Assembly (NCBI GenBank): GCA_019056785.1
Contig: DXJV01000013.1
Span: 1-25,679 of the forward strand
DNA from: Candidatus Heimdallarchaeota archaeon
Lineage (GTDB): Archaea; Asgardarchaeota; Heimdallarchaeia; JABLTI01
Length of the DNA stretch: 25,679 nucleotides
Direction of reading: 5' to 3'
Shown: positions 1 to 9,024 of the stretch, one piece after another
Layout of the letters: each line of letters opens with the position of its first letter
Position numbering within the stretch: the first letter of the stretch is position 1
Notes under the pieces: model-generated
Told to the model about the DNA's origin: nothing
What the model saw: only the letters and a program-made list of their open reading frames with translations
Database searches by the model: none
Made by a program: the position numbers and the translations under genes

Positions 1-1307
1 AAGGCCTTCAAGCGTGGGATGTTCGAGTCATAGGTGACATTGCCTATGTTGCCGGGGGACCAGATGGATTTTACACACTAAATGTTCAAAACCCTAGCAA
101 CCCAATACTTCTTGATCACTTACCTACTAACCCACATGTTGTTTTCCGCAAAATAGATGTCCAAGGACAATTTGCTTATGCAGTAAGTAATACCACAGTT
201 CAAATGTTCGACATTCAAGATCCTGCAAATATTGTCAATGTTAGCATCTTAAGCCTTGGAAACAACCTTTATGATATTTTCGTAGATGGACCATTTATTT
301 ATGTAACTTGGCAAAAAGGAGGTTTTGGACTTTTCAATTTAACAACAGCTTCAATGCTAAACTGGGGAAATAAGCTGGATGAGCCACACTTTGGTACCAA
401 TATAACAGCTATTTGGGTACAAGGTTATCGCATCTATGCAGTAGATTATAGCGGCTTAATTAAACAAAGTTTTTTCATGTTTGATCGCTTAACGCCAACA
501 GCTATTCACCAAACCGATGAAGCACCGCTATGGGGTTTAAACTTAGATCTTAAAGTAGATGGCGATGTAGCCTATCACGCAGACACCAATTGGTGTGTTC
601 TTAGTAATGTTTCAGACCCAACCAATAGACAATATATTATGGTTCTTAAAGATAATAATGGAGTGTATATTAATTCTACAGCAGTATGGAATTTTGGCCC
701 CTATGTTTTAACAGCTTCTCCTGATGGAGTTTATATAGTGAACACAATCAATTTTAACGCACTCACTTCAACGATGTATCCTAACACTCAAGGAGCATTA
801 GCCATAACCACAGCAGGGGACTACACTTACATTGCTAACCGCACATCTCTCATAATTCTTCGCCACTTTAAAAGCGCTGCAGATACTTATATTAAAGAAA
901 CCAATACAGCAGAATCTACAACAATCTTTACAATGCCTAATGGCACAATTAGTGCTGCAACAATGGACTATGAGGCTTGGGTACCTGCTGGCACTTTTAT
1001 CGAACTCTTTATGTCTGCAGATGGCGGATTGAACTGGGAAACAATATCACCTGCATTATTATATAACTTCATTAATACTGGCCGAGAACTTCGCTGGCGT
1101 GTAGTATTATACGGCGATACAGACCGAAGTGTTCATCTTCACCAAATTTCAATCTCCATAACTTTCGAATACGAACGACCTCCATGGTTTACATCACCAC
1201 TTTGGATTGGCATTCTTGCAGGTGCTGGTGGAGGTTTACTTCTTATCATTCTAATAATTGTTATCGCTGTTACAGTGAGTAAGAAGAAAAAAGCTAACGT
1301 AAGATAA
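1..1307 (+). CDS. LVIVD-repeat (beta-propeller) cell-surface protein with C-terminal beta-sandwich and TM anchor; 5' end lies outside the window
   Basis: Frame is open from position 3 (GLQAWDVRVIGDIAYVAGGPDGFYTLNVQNPSNPILL..., IDVQGQFAYAV, VDGPFIYV, VDGDVAYHA), i.e. LVIVD-type repeats. Also an Asp-box-like SADGGLNW and a C-terminal hydrophobic helix followed by KKKK. The ORF-track start at 204 is internal. Confidence 0.85.
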   Translation, partial: GLQAWDVRVIGDIAYVAGGPDGFYTLNVQNPSNPILLDHLPTNPHVVFRKIDVQGQFAYAVSNTTVQMFDIQDPANIVNVSILSLGNNLYDIFVDGPFIYVTWQKGGFGLFNLTTASMLNWGNKLDEPHFGTNITAIWVQGYRIYAVDYSGLIKQSFFMFDRLTPTAIHQTDEAPLWGLNLDLKVDGDVAYHADTNWCVLSNVSDPTNRQYIMVLKDNNGVYINSTAVWNFGPYVLTASPDGVYIVNTINFNALTSTMYPNTQGALAITTAGDYTYIANRTSLIILRHFKSAADTYIKETNTAESTTIFTMPNGTISAATMDYEAWVPAGTFIELFMSADGGLNWETISPALLYNFINTGRELRWRVVLYGDTDRSVHLHQISISITFEYERPPWFTSPLWIGILAGAGGGLLLIILIIVIAVTVSKKKKANVR

Positions 1308-1321
1308 TTAATTGAGAAAAT

Positions 1322-1356
1322 GAGATGATAAAATAAATCATCTCTTTTACTTTTTC
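1322..1356. terminator. Stem-loop plus T-rich tract between convergent genes
   Basis: GAGATGAT(1322-1329)-7 nt loop-ATCATCTC(1337-1344), then TTTTACTTTTT; the same stem recurs at 11449-11470. Confidence 0.6.
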
Positions 1357-1371
1357 TATAAAAACAATTAC

Positions 1372-1926
1372 TCAAGTTTTTTTTGGTTCTGTACCAACAT
1401 AATATAAATAACTTCTAGTTGCATCATCTATTTTTACCAGAACTAAAGAATGGAATATGAAAGTATTTGTAACTACTCGAGTTTCAGGAGATAATTCTTG
1501 AATCAATTTCTCTTCAAGTTTATTATTTGTACTTTGCAATAAATAACAAAAGACAACTGTAGCAGCACTAATATCTTCCTTAAAAAAGTTACCACAAATT
1601 ACTTTCACTTGTTTTCGCAATCCAAGAAAAGTAATGAGTATTTTACACCAAAATGCTTTTAATGGATCAATTTCAATACCAATTGCCTTTGCTTTGAAAC
1701 GTCGTGCTGCAGCTAGTAAAACCCGCCCATCGCCACAACCCAAATCTAAAACAGTGTCTTCTGGTTTCACGTTGGCCATTTGAAGCATTCGTATGACTTT
1801 TTTTCGAGGTGTAGGAAGCCAAGGTGCCCCTTTAGCATTTGTCCAAAGCATTAATACGATCAGGAAAAATAGTGCAGTAATAAGGAACCAAAAAATGATG
1901 ACTGTGATATTGCTCAAGAGTATCAA
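1372..1926 (-). CDS. Class I SAM-dependent methyltransferase with N-terminal TM helix (FAM173/archaeal protein-lysine methyltransferase-like)
   Basis: GAPWLPTP pre-motif, motif I VLDLGCGDGR, GIEID, VVFCYL. True start is probably TTG at 1926 or 1917 rather than 2013, because the upstream stretch is low complexity. Confidence 0.8.
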   Translation of the reverse strand: MILLSNITVIIFWFLITALFFLIVLMLWTNAKGAPWLPTPRKKVIRMLQMANVKPEDTVLDLGCGDGRVLLAAARRFKAKAIGIEIDPLKAFWCKILITFLGLRKQVKVICGNFFKEDISAATVVFCYLLQSTNNKLEEKLIQELSPETRVVTNTFIFHSLVLVKIDDATRSYLYYVGTEPKKT

Positions 1927-2226
1927 ATTTAATATAGGCTTATTTAGAAATAAAAAGTATTTGACAAGAAAAAGAAAAAAAAAGAACAGCTGTGACTTTT
2001 TGAAATAGAACATCAGTTTTTATTAGCCTAGAAGGATGCCCATTTGAGAGCCCTTTCCTCTCTTTTTTCCTGCTAAAAAGAGAAATACATTTCTTCTTAC
2101 AAAAAATAAAAAATTTCAACTATAAAAATCCCCTTCTCATTCAAAGATTTTCTATTTTATTATCCCATAACTTCACTTTTTAAAGCGGTGTATTCTATAG
2201 TTTCATTAAAAGAATGTAATTTACTA

Positions 2227-2720
2227 ATGAAAATTATGAATATTAAAGATATTCTTCTCCCATTGGCTTTGCTCTGGGGTTAAATAATCTTTCATCTTAT
2301 CGGAGAAAAAATCGCCAAAAAAATAACAAAATGACATTTCAAACTTCAGAGTTTTGGCGCGTTATAATGGTCGGAATAATCTTCCTTGAGCTACTGCCAC
2401 AAATTGTAACCGGACAAGAACACTTAGATAAGTACATTTACTTACCCTTTTTATTTGGATTTACAGTTATTGCCTTAATTGAAAAAATCATCTACAAACG
2501 AATTCAAGGTAAAGAATTGAAGCAAAAGGCAAGAAACACACTGGAACTGAATGACAAGGCAACCTACACTATTTTCGCATTTAGTTTAGAATTGATTCTC
2601 TATATTGTTGTCCGCTATATGATCCCTCTGGGAAAAAAGGCAAGCCGGCATTTTTTGTTTTTGGCGTTCTATTAGCTGTAAGTATCTTTTTAATCTTTGA
2701 GTTATTAATTTTCAACTAAA
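2227..2720 (+). pseudogene. Decayed ZIP-family-like metal transporter
   Basis: MNIKDILLPLALLWG*(TAA 2281)IIFHLIGEKIAKKITK*(TGA 2332)HFKLQSFG, frameshift into IMVGIIFLELLPQI...GFTVIALIEKIIY, then a jump to C-terminal-like FAFSLELILYIVVRYMIP. Central helices are missing. Confidence 0.6.
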
Positions 2721-2736
2721 AAATGGTAATAAACAT

Positions 2737-3990
2737 TTGAGCAAAAAGAGTAGTATTAATCTGCGTGAAAAAATGATTTTGCACCTGGTGGAAAGTTTAA
2801 AGGAAAAAGACTGGCGCGGGAAAATCCGGTTTTTACGGCAACTTTTGGAATTTCAGGAAGATGTAAAAATTGCAATTAATGAAATTTCAGATTTACTCTT
2901 TGATGACGATTTTCGTGTTCGTGAACGAGCAGCATGCGTATTAAAAAATGTAGGTTCAAGCCTTAAGACGATACTTCCCAAATTAACCAAAGCATTTCAT
3001 GAAGAAACAAATACTACTGTAAAAACCGCCTTAATAGAGCTGTTAGGGTTAACAAAAGATAATCAAACGGTGGAAATTTTAGAAGAAGAATTGAAAAAAG
3101 CCAAAGATGACTTTATTAAGCAAGCCATTATAGAAGCATTAAGTATTATCGAAACAGAAGAAGCAATAAAGATAATTTTAAACTCTTTAGAGCACGACCC
3201 GGCACCCAATGTTCGTTTTGCTGCTGCTAATGGTTTGCGCTGGGTTCATATCAAAGAGAAAATCCCCCCTCTTTTAAAAGCGTTACACGATAACGATCCT
3301 CTTGTCCGAGCAGGGGCAGCATGGGCATTAGCTACCATTGACGAAAACGAAGAGGTTGTAACTGTTTTACTGAATGTACTTGAAAACGAAGAAGACGATT
3401 ATGTCAAATATGACATAATAAAGGCTTTAGGAGAAATCGGCTCTGAAAAAGCAATTCCAAAATTAACTGAAATTGCACTCAAGAAAAACAGCCCAAAAAT
3501 ACGAGCGAAAGCTATTGAAGCCTTGGGAGCAATTGCTACGCGAAAAGCCCATCTCGCACTTTTAGAGATCTATAAGAAAACGTGCTCCAAGAATATTAAA
3601 TATCTAATTGAAAAAGAAATGAAAGATGTAGATGATGATATTGGCGAAGAGTTTGTAGATATAAAGAAAGAAAAAAGCCAAGAGATGACCGTAAAACGAA
3701 GAAAAACAAAAGATCGTATTTTAATTAATTATCAAACCTCAGAATTGCGCGAAATTCTTACAACCTTTCGAACCATTTCTATTGATTTATTGGCAGGATG
3801 GCTGAAAATTGATGGAAATAATAAATTAGTAGAATGGCTGCAACAATTACCAACAAACCTTGGTTTACGACTTAACAAAGGCTACGAATATGATTCACTA
3901 GTTATTCAAATGCCAAAAGAGTATAAAATTGCTCAAAAGAAAATCGAAGAGATCATTACGAACTTCAGAAATTTTTTCTCGGAAAAGTAG
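2737..3990 (+). CDS. HEAT/PBS-lyase repeat protein with C-terminal PCI/winged-helix-like region
   Basis: Repeated motifs DDDFRVRERAACVL, DPAPNVRFAAANGL, DNDPLVRAGAAWAL, VKYDIIKALGEIG, IRAKAIEALGAI; TTG start. Confidence 0.85.
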   Translation: MSKKSSINLREKMILHLVESLKEKDWRGKIRFLRQLLEFQEDVKIAINEISDLLFDDDFRVRERAACVLKNVGSSLKTILPKLTKAFHEETNTTVKTALIELLGLTKDNQTVEILEEELKKAKDDFIKQAIIEALSIIETEEAIKIILNSLEHDPAPNVRFAAANGLRWVHIKEKIPPLLKALHDNDPLVRAGAAWALATIDENEEVVTVLLNVLENEEDDYVKYDIIKALGEIGSEKAIPKLTEIALKKNSPKIRAKAIEALGAIATRKAHLALLEIYKKTCSKNIKYLIEKEMKDVDDDIGEEFVDIKKEKSQEMTVKRRKTKDRILINYQTSELREILTTFRTISIDLLAGWLKIDGNNKLVEWLQQLPTNLGLRLNKGYEYDSLVIQMPKEYKIAQKKIEEIITNFRNFFSEK

Positions 3991-4112
3991 AAAGGATAAC
4001 TATTTGGAATGAAATTGCTTAAATTGTTCAAAAAATTCGAACACTCTAAAAGAAAGCCGAAAATTAGGAGAGACATTGCTTAGTATCTTTTTACTTTCAA
4101 AAAAATGACTTT

Positions 4113-4805
4113 TTATTGCTTTTTTAGAGAACCATAATTCAACAGATAATGACTTTCAAAGAAACTGTGCAAATGTTCATCATGACTGACAGTAATCACA
4201 GTAAACCCCTTATTTTTTAGTGCTGTTATCTGCTTCCAAACGATTTCTTTGTTTTCTTCATCTAAATTGCCGGTCGGTTCATCTAATAATAACAAGCTAA
4301 CATCTTTTACCAAAAGCGCTGCCAATGCTACTCTCTGTCGTTCCCCACCGCTTAAGCTTGTTGGTAACAAGTTTGCCAGGTCTACTATCTTAAGCTCTTC
4401 TAACCATTCATAAGCCCGTTCTCGCGCTGATCGCATCCCCACTCCTGTTAAGAGTGCTTGGGCTTCGATGAATTGCTTGACTGTCAAATGCGAAGGGAGA
4501 TAAGGGCTTTGGAATAAATAACCGATTTTTTTTCTTATGGCATATATTTCATCTAAAGGGCTTTCTTTTGTTATTTTTTTCCCAAAGATTTTACGTTCAC
4601 CGCTCTTTTGATGTAGCATTAATGCAATTATGTGCATGAGAGTGGTTTTTCCTGAGCCTGATGGTCCCGTTATCAAACAAAATTCATTTTCATTCACTGT
4701 TAAGGAGAGATCTTTAATTACTGCTATTGATGTTGTTGTGTTTAGTGTTCTTCTTTTCTTTTCACTGAAATTGAATTGTATATTTTTTAAAGAAACTATT
4801 TCCAT
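4113..4805 (-). CDS. ABC transporter ATP-binding protein (LolD/MacB-like)
   Basis: Walker A GPSGSGKT, signature LSGGERQR, Walker B LLLLDEPTGNLD, H-loop VSHD. Confidence 0.93.
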   Translation of the reverse strand: MEIVSLKNIQFNFSEKKRRTLNTTTSIAVIKDLSLTVNENEFCLITGPSGSGKTTLMHIIALMLHQKSGERKIFGKKITKESPLDEIYAIRKKIGYLFQSPYLPSHLTVKQFIEAQALLTGVGMRSARERAYEWLEELKIVDLANLLPTSLSGGERQRVALAALLVKDVSLLLLDEPTGNLDEENKEIVWKQITALKNKGFTVITVSHDEHLHSFFESHYLLNYGSLKKQ

Positions 4806-5515
4806 TTAATTACCCTCCGTCCTTCTATTTTAAATGTGGTAGCCGGTTCAATAATTGTCATGTCATGTGTGGAGATAATAATTAAGCTTCTAATTGTTTC
4901 ATTTAGCTTTTTTAATAGAGTAAGAATCGTTTCCTTATTTTCTGCATCTAATTGCGCTGTGGGTTCATCCAATAACAAAAGAGAGGGATTATGAATCATA
5001 CTACAAGCTAAGGCTAAGCGTCGTAATTCACCACCGGAAAGAGAAAGTGTTTTTTGATTGAGTAATGACTCGAGATTTAGAGTGGTTGCTATCTCTTCTA
5101 CCTGTTTTTTTTCTTCTTCTCTTCCAGTTTTACGATAAAGCCTAAGGGAATATGTCAAATTCCTTCTTGCTGATAATGACAATGAAAGATATCTTGCTGG
5201 AAATTGATCCATATATCCCACACTTTTAAAATAATCAATTTTTTCTTTTCCTTTTAAAGTATGAATTGCTTGCCCGTTTAGAAAGACTTCGCCTGCACTT
5301 AACGGTTCTATTCCCATTAACATTCGCAATAGAGTAGTTTTTCCAGAGCCAGAGGGACCAATAATAAAATTTAAGTTGCCGGCACTCATTTCAAAAGACG
5401 CACCAGCAAAAATGGCGATATTTGTTTCTTTTTTCACTGGATGTGGAAAAATCTTTGTTATTTCTATTGCTTGAAGTTTGTTTTCGATGTTGCTATTATT
5501 TTTGTTATCTGTCAT
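4796..5515 (-). CDS. ABC transporter ATP-binding protein (LolD/MacB-like)
   Basis: GPSGSGKT, LSGGELRR, LLLLDEPTAQLD, STHD; overlaps the next gene by 10 nt; RBS-like GTGAGG upstream. Confidence 0.93.
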   Translation of the reverse strand: MTDNKNNSNIENKLQAIEITKIFPHPVKKETNIAIFAGASFEMSAGNLNFIIGPSGSGKTTLLRMLMGIEPLSAGEVFLNGQAIHTLKGKEKIDYFKSVGYMDQFPARYLSLSLSARRNLTYSLRLYRKTGREEEKKQVEEIATTLNLESLLNQKTLSLSGGELRRLALACSMIHNPSLLLLDEPTAQLDAENKETILTLLKKLNETIRSLIIISTHDMTIIEPATTFKIEGRRVIKWK

Positions 5516-5533
5516 TTGTCCTCACACTTCCAC

Positions 5534-8275
5534 TTATTCCGGGTAGCGATAAATTTCGCTTAAATCTATCTGATAATAGCGCCAATATTCCAAGCCATTT
5601 TGTACTGCCAAAAGAGTCGCAAAAAGTAAAAATAATATTATTGAATAAAGCAATGAAGAAGTTGATATGCCTACTAATCCTAAAGACAAGCAACTAATTG
5701 CCGGGAGAATGAGAAATGCCACAAAAAAGTTGATGAGAAAAATCATTCCAAGTGAGGCTAATAAAATAGCATCTTCAATAAGGAGGGTTTTTCGAAATGG
5801 CAAACGATAATCACTTTGCATTGCCACTAACCCCAATGTCTTAGCTGCTGGATCATTTACCAGCTCTTCAAGCTGTTGGAAAAGGAAAAATGCGCCAAAA
5901 AAGAATAAGCCTATTTCAAATAGTATTATTATAGGTATTAAAAAGACAATTCGTATGCCTGTGAATACGAGAGTGTCTAATGCTGTAAGTTTAACAAATG
6001 ACTCTCCCAATCCTTTCAAGTGTGGCTCGAGATAACTAATAGTCGCATTGATCTTCTTCGGTTGGATATGTAAATAATAGTTTACACTAAAATTATTCTC
6101 TCCTAAAAGAATTAAAGAGGTTTGTAAAGCAGAAGCGGGCATAATAATAATGAGTTCATTTCTACTATCATATTTATCGCATAGGACAGGCCAATCTTCA
6201 ATGAACCCGCCTATTTGATACTTTGAGCCATCAATAAATTCTATTATATCACCAATTAAAAACTCTAAAGATTTAAACCTATTACTGACGTAAAGCATTG
6301 AGGTGTTTGTACTAGTCAACTCACCTTCAGCAAGCCAATGTTTTTTATTCCAATTACTATAGAAGTTAAAATAATCTTCAGGGGAAATACCAAATAAATA
6401 AGCAGTTTGGTTCTCGAGATCTGTCTTAATTAAGGTGTGATTATCATAAGCTGTCATGTGATAGCTTTTTAGTACTGAAGTAAAATCTTCAATTGCAGAA
6501 TAGTTTTCCAGAAATGGATTTATGCTATCAATGTTAGGCAACTCTTTGGTTGTAATGGTTATCTCCGCTCCCTGAATATAAATATAACTCGAGGTGTAGC
6601 TGTCTGCAGTAAAGGTAGAATAAAAAAGCATTGAACTAATGAATGTCAAAGCAAATAAATAGATAAACATTTTTTGCGTCAAAGCTTTTTGTCTAAATTT
6701 AAAAAGAATGAAAGCTTTTGAAGCCGGTTTATTAGTCTTTAATTTATTTTTTACCTTTAATTGAATTATACCATTAACTAAAAAACGCATAAAATAATAA
6801 AAGAGGAAAGAGATAATTCCAACACCTATAATAATTCCTAACTCAATTAATGTAGCAAAATAGTCTCGGTAATTTAGTAACCAAGTAAATAGAACTAACA
6901 GTATAAAGCCAATACCACCTTTTAGACTCCTTCTCATTTTCCCCAAAGGGCGATATTCTTCTGAGTACAAACCTTTTACAAGGACCCTCCGAAGGTAAAA
7001 ATCAAAGTCAATAAAAGTGCTTAATATTAAAGTAAAAAGTACAACAAGACAGATACTCGCTCCTATGAAAATGTTGTTAGTGAAAACGAACCTCGTTCCG
7101 CCAAAGACAACTTGTAATCGTATAAATGGAAAGAGCAATAGGATAACAATTAAACTTGCCCCTAAGGAGATTAGTAAACTTTCCATGAATAGCCAAAGAA
7201 TCCTTTTGCGCCAAGAAATACCGCTTAGGATTGTTCTGAGTTCTTTATAGATGTTGCTCTTTTGTAATTTTGCTATAGTTAAGGCAATTAAGAATATTGA
7301 TAATAGCCAAACAAATATCTGAATAATTCTAATAAATGAATAAATAAGATATATTAACGGATTTTCCGATACAAAAAAGGATTCCATCAAGCTGCTAGGT
7401 TCTTGAACCAAAGTAAAAGTGCGTTCGATTGCTTTTAATTCAGATATTAATAATTTCAGAAACGAATGAACCTTACCGGGTGAATCTATCGACCAATACA
7501 TAATATCTCGTTGAAAAACTGTGAATTTCACAAAGGCATAAATACTCCATCGACCGGAAAACTGTTTTTTTACCGGTTGAAAAATTTCAGCGAATTTTCC
7601 TAATGGCATGAGGATAAGATGGTTTGCTTCTTGCAAGTTACGCTTTGATAAAAAATCATAAAAAGTAGGAAAATCCCTTCGGAATAAATCTTCTAATAAA
7701 TATGAAGTTATATTTAGTTGGAAATTAAAAGTGTTGTTTGTCCCATAAATTTGATAACTAAAAAGCCACTCTCCCAATGATATTGTTGACTGATTTGTAA
7801 TAATTAATGCATCCGTTTCAACATTCCCTTCTGAAACATTTAACAAAGACAAAAAAAGATCATTTGGAAGGCCTATCAGTAGTGTCTGATTAGTACTTTC
7901 GGTAAAATTCCACCCCGTTACAACTTCTTCAGATAAGGCAACCACTCTTTGTGGTTGATAAAGGCCAAAACTCTCTATTGAGCATTTTTCAACGATAGCA
8001 GAAAAATTATTCAAAAAAATTATTGATTCTTCACTCCAGGCATCAAAGATTTCAAAATCATTACCTGCTGCAAAACTATCTTCGAAATTTGAACTAAAAC
8101 TTTTTCCGGACCATCCTTGGCTAAAACTGTAAAAATGCTTGCGTAAAATGTGGGGGTTTGCTAATTGTGGGATAAAAAGCACTGAAATTGATGTTAGAAG
8201 AAGGAAACCACAAATAAGACTTATTTTCACAAGCATTCTCTTCCTTTCGAGAAGTCGATGTATAAACATTTTCAA
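5534..8275 (-). CDS. Large FtsX/MacB-like ABC permease (divergent)
   Basis: 913 aa with two extracellular domains separated by TM clusters; GAEITI motif comparable to GADILV/GSDILI in the other two permeases; directly upstream of two ABC ATPases. Confidence 0.75.
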   Translation of the reverse strand: MKMFIHRLLERKRMLVKISLICGFLLLTSISVLFIPQLANPHILRKHFYSFSQGWSGKSFSSNFEDSFAAGNDFEIFDAWSEESIIFLNNFSAIVEKCSIESFGLYQPQRVVALSEEVVTGWNFTESTNQTLLIGLPNDLFLSLLNVSEGNVETDALIITNQSTISLGEWLFSYQIYGTNNTFNFQLNITSYLLEDLFRRDFPTFYDFLSKRNLQEANHLILMPLGKFAEIFQPVKKQFSGRWSIYAFVKFTVFQRDIMYWSIDSPGKVHSFLKLLISELKAIERTFTLVQEPSSLMESFFVSENPLIYLIYSFIRIIQIFVWLLSIFLIALTIAKLQKSNIYKELRTILSGISWRKRILWLFMESLLISLGASLIVILLLFPFIRLQVVFGGTRFVFTNNIFIGASICLVVLFTLILSTFIDFDFYLRRVLVKGLYSEEYRPLGKMRRSLKGGIGFILLVLFTWLLNYRDYFATLIELGIIIGVGIISFLFYYFMRFLVNGIIQLKVKNKLKTNKPASKAFILFKFRQKALTQKMFIYLFALTFISSMLFYSTFTADSYTSSYIYIQGAEITITTKELPNIDSINPFLENYSAIEDFTSVLKSYHMTAYDNHTLIKTDLENQTAYLFGISPEDYFNFYSNWNKKHWLAEGELTSTNTSMLYVSNRFKSLEFLIGDIIEFIDGSKYQIGGFIEDWPVLCDKYDSRNELIIIMPASALQTSLILLGENNFSVNYYLHIQPKKINATISYLEPHLKGLGESFVKLTALDTLVFTGIRIVFLIPIIILFEIGLFFFGAFFLFQQLEELVNDPAAKTLGLVAMQSDYRLPFRKTLLIEDAILLASLGMIFLINFFVAFLILPAISCLSLGLVGISTSSLLYSIILFLLFATLLAVQNGLEYWRYYQIDLSEIYRYPE

Positions 8276-8331
8276 AGTCCAAATCTCTCCTTATTTTTGT
8301 AATGGATATTGTTGCTATTTTAATTTTTTTA

Positions 8332-8358
8332 ATAAAAAAGGGTGAAGTTTTCACCCTT
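8332..8358 (-). terminator. Stem-loop/U-tract terminator of the 8357-8920 gene
   Basis: AAGGGTGAA-gtt-TTCACCCTT (8338-8358) overlapping the stop codon, followed on the minus strand by a T run. Confidence 0.6.
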
Positions 8359-8920
8359 ACATTAAAACAATTTTTAAGTAAACACGAATCCCACCACCGT
8401 ATACATCGTAAAAGATATTCGAAGTCCAAAAGTAAGTATTATAATTCTCGTTATCACCAAAATAGAGAGCAATTTGTTCCGTTTTCAATGGATTGTGTCT
8501 TATTAATTTGAAACCAATGTAAAGCTCATTTCCACTCGTTGCATCAAATGGTAAACAATAGGACCACTCTATTTGTAAATTATTTTCATAGTATTTTGTA
8601 GGTTCACCAGCGCTAATTCCAGGGGGGTAAACATATTCCCTGCCGGACCAATCCTCGTAATCATAATCTGAACTTTGCAATCTATCACCATATATACCAA
8701 ATAAGCGTTTGTATTCCGGAACAAAGCGTAATTCATACCAAGTACCTACTCTTGGTTTATTTAAAGCTTCATAGACATGTACTCGATCTACATAAATGTA
8801 AATTTGTTTTAATGATTTGGTATCTGATCTGATCTTCATCAAATTGGTACAAACAAATGGCATAATTACTATACCAACAATTAGAAATAAAAATAAATAT
8901 TTTTCATTTTTCCTTTTCAA
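8357..8920 (-). CDS. Hypothetical secreted or membrane-anchored protein
   Basis: TTG start with GGAGG RBS; basic N-terminus plus hydrophobic helix; Tyr-rich body with no recognised family. Confidence 0.7.
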   Translation of the reverse strand: MKRKNEKYLFLFLIVGIVIMPFVCTNLMKIRSDTKSLKQIYIYVDRVHVYEALNKPRVGTWYELRFVPEYKRLFGIYGDRLQSSDYDYEDWSGREYVYPPGISAGEPTKYYENNLQIEWSYCLPFDATSGNELYIGFKLIRHNPLKTEQIALYFGDNENYNTYFWTSNIFYDVYGGGIRVYLKIVLM

Positions 8921-8941
8921 CTTTTTTCCTCCTTATTTTTT

Positions 8942-8963
8942 TGCTAAAAACAAAATTTTAGCA
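8942..8963. promoter_or_regulatory. Perfect 8-bp inverted repeat, candidate operator
   Basis: TGCTAAAA-N6-TTTTAGCA lying between a TATA-like tract and the RBS of the 8920 gene. Confidence 0.4.
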
Positions 8964-8968
8964 GTAAG

Positions 8969-8992
8969 TAAATAAATAAATAAATAAATAAA
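8969..8992. repeat. (TAAA)6 microsatellite, reading as TATA-like (TTTA)6 on the minus strand
   Basis: Six exact TAAA units, preceded by a degenerate TAAG. Confidence 0.8.
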
Positions 8993-9024
8993 TTTTTCCC
9001 AGTTTAATAAAAATGAAATAGCTG

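Noticed and set aside
2059-2083. TCTCTTTTT-N7-AAAAAGAGA inverted repeat
   Set aside because: Low complexity in a very AT-rich intergenic region; likely chance
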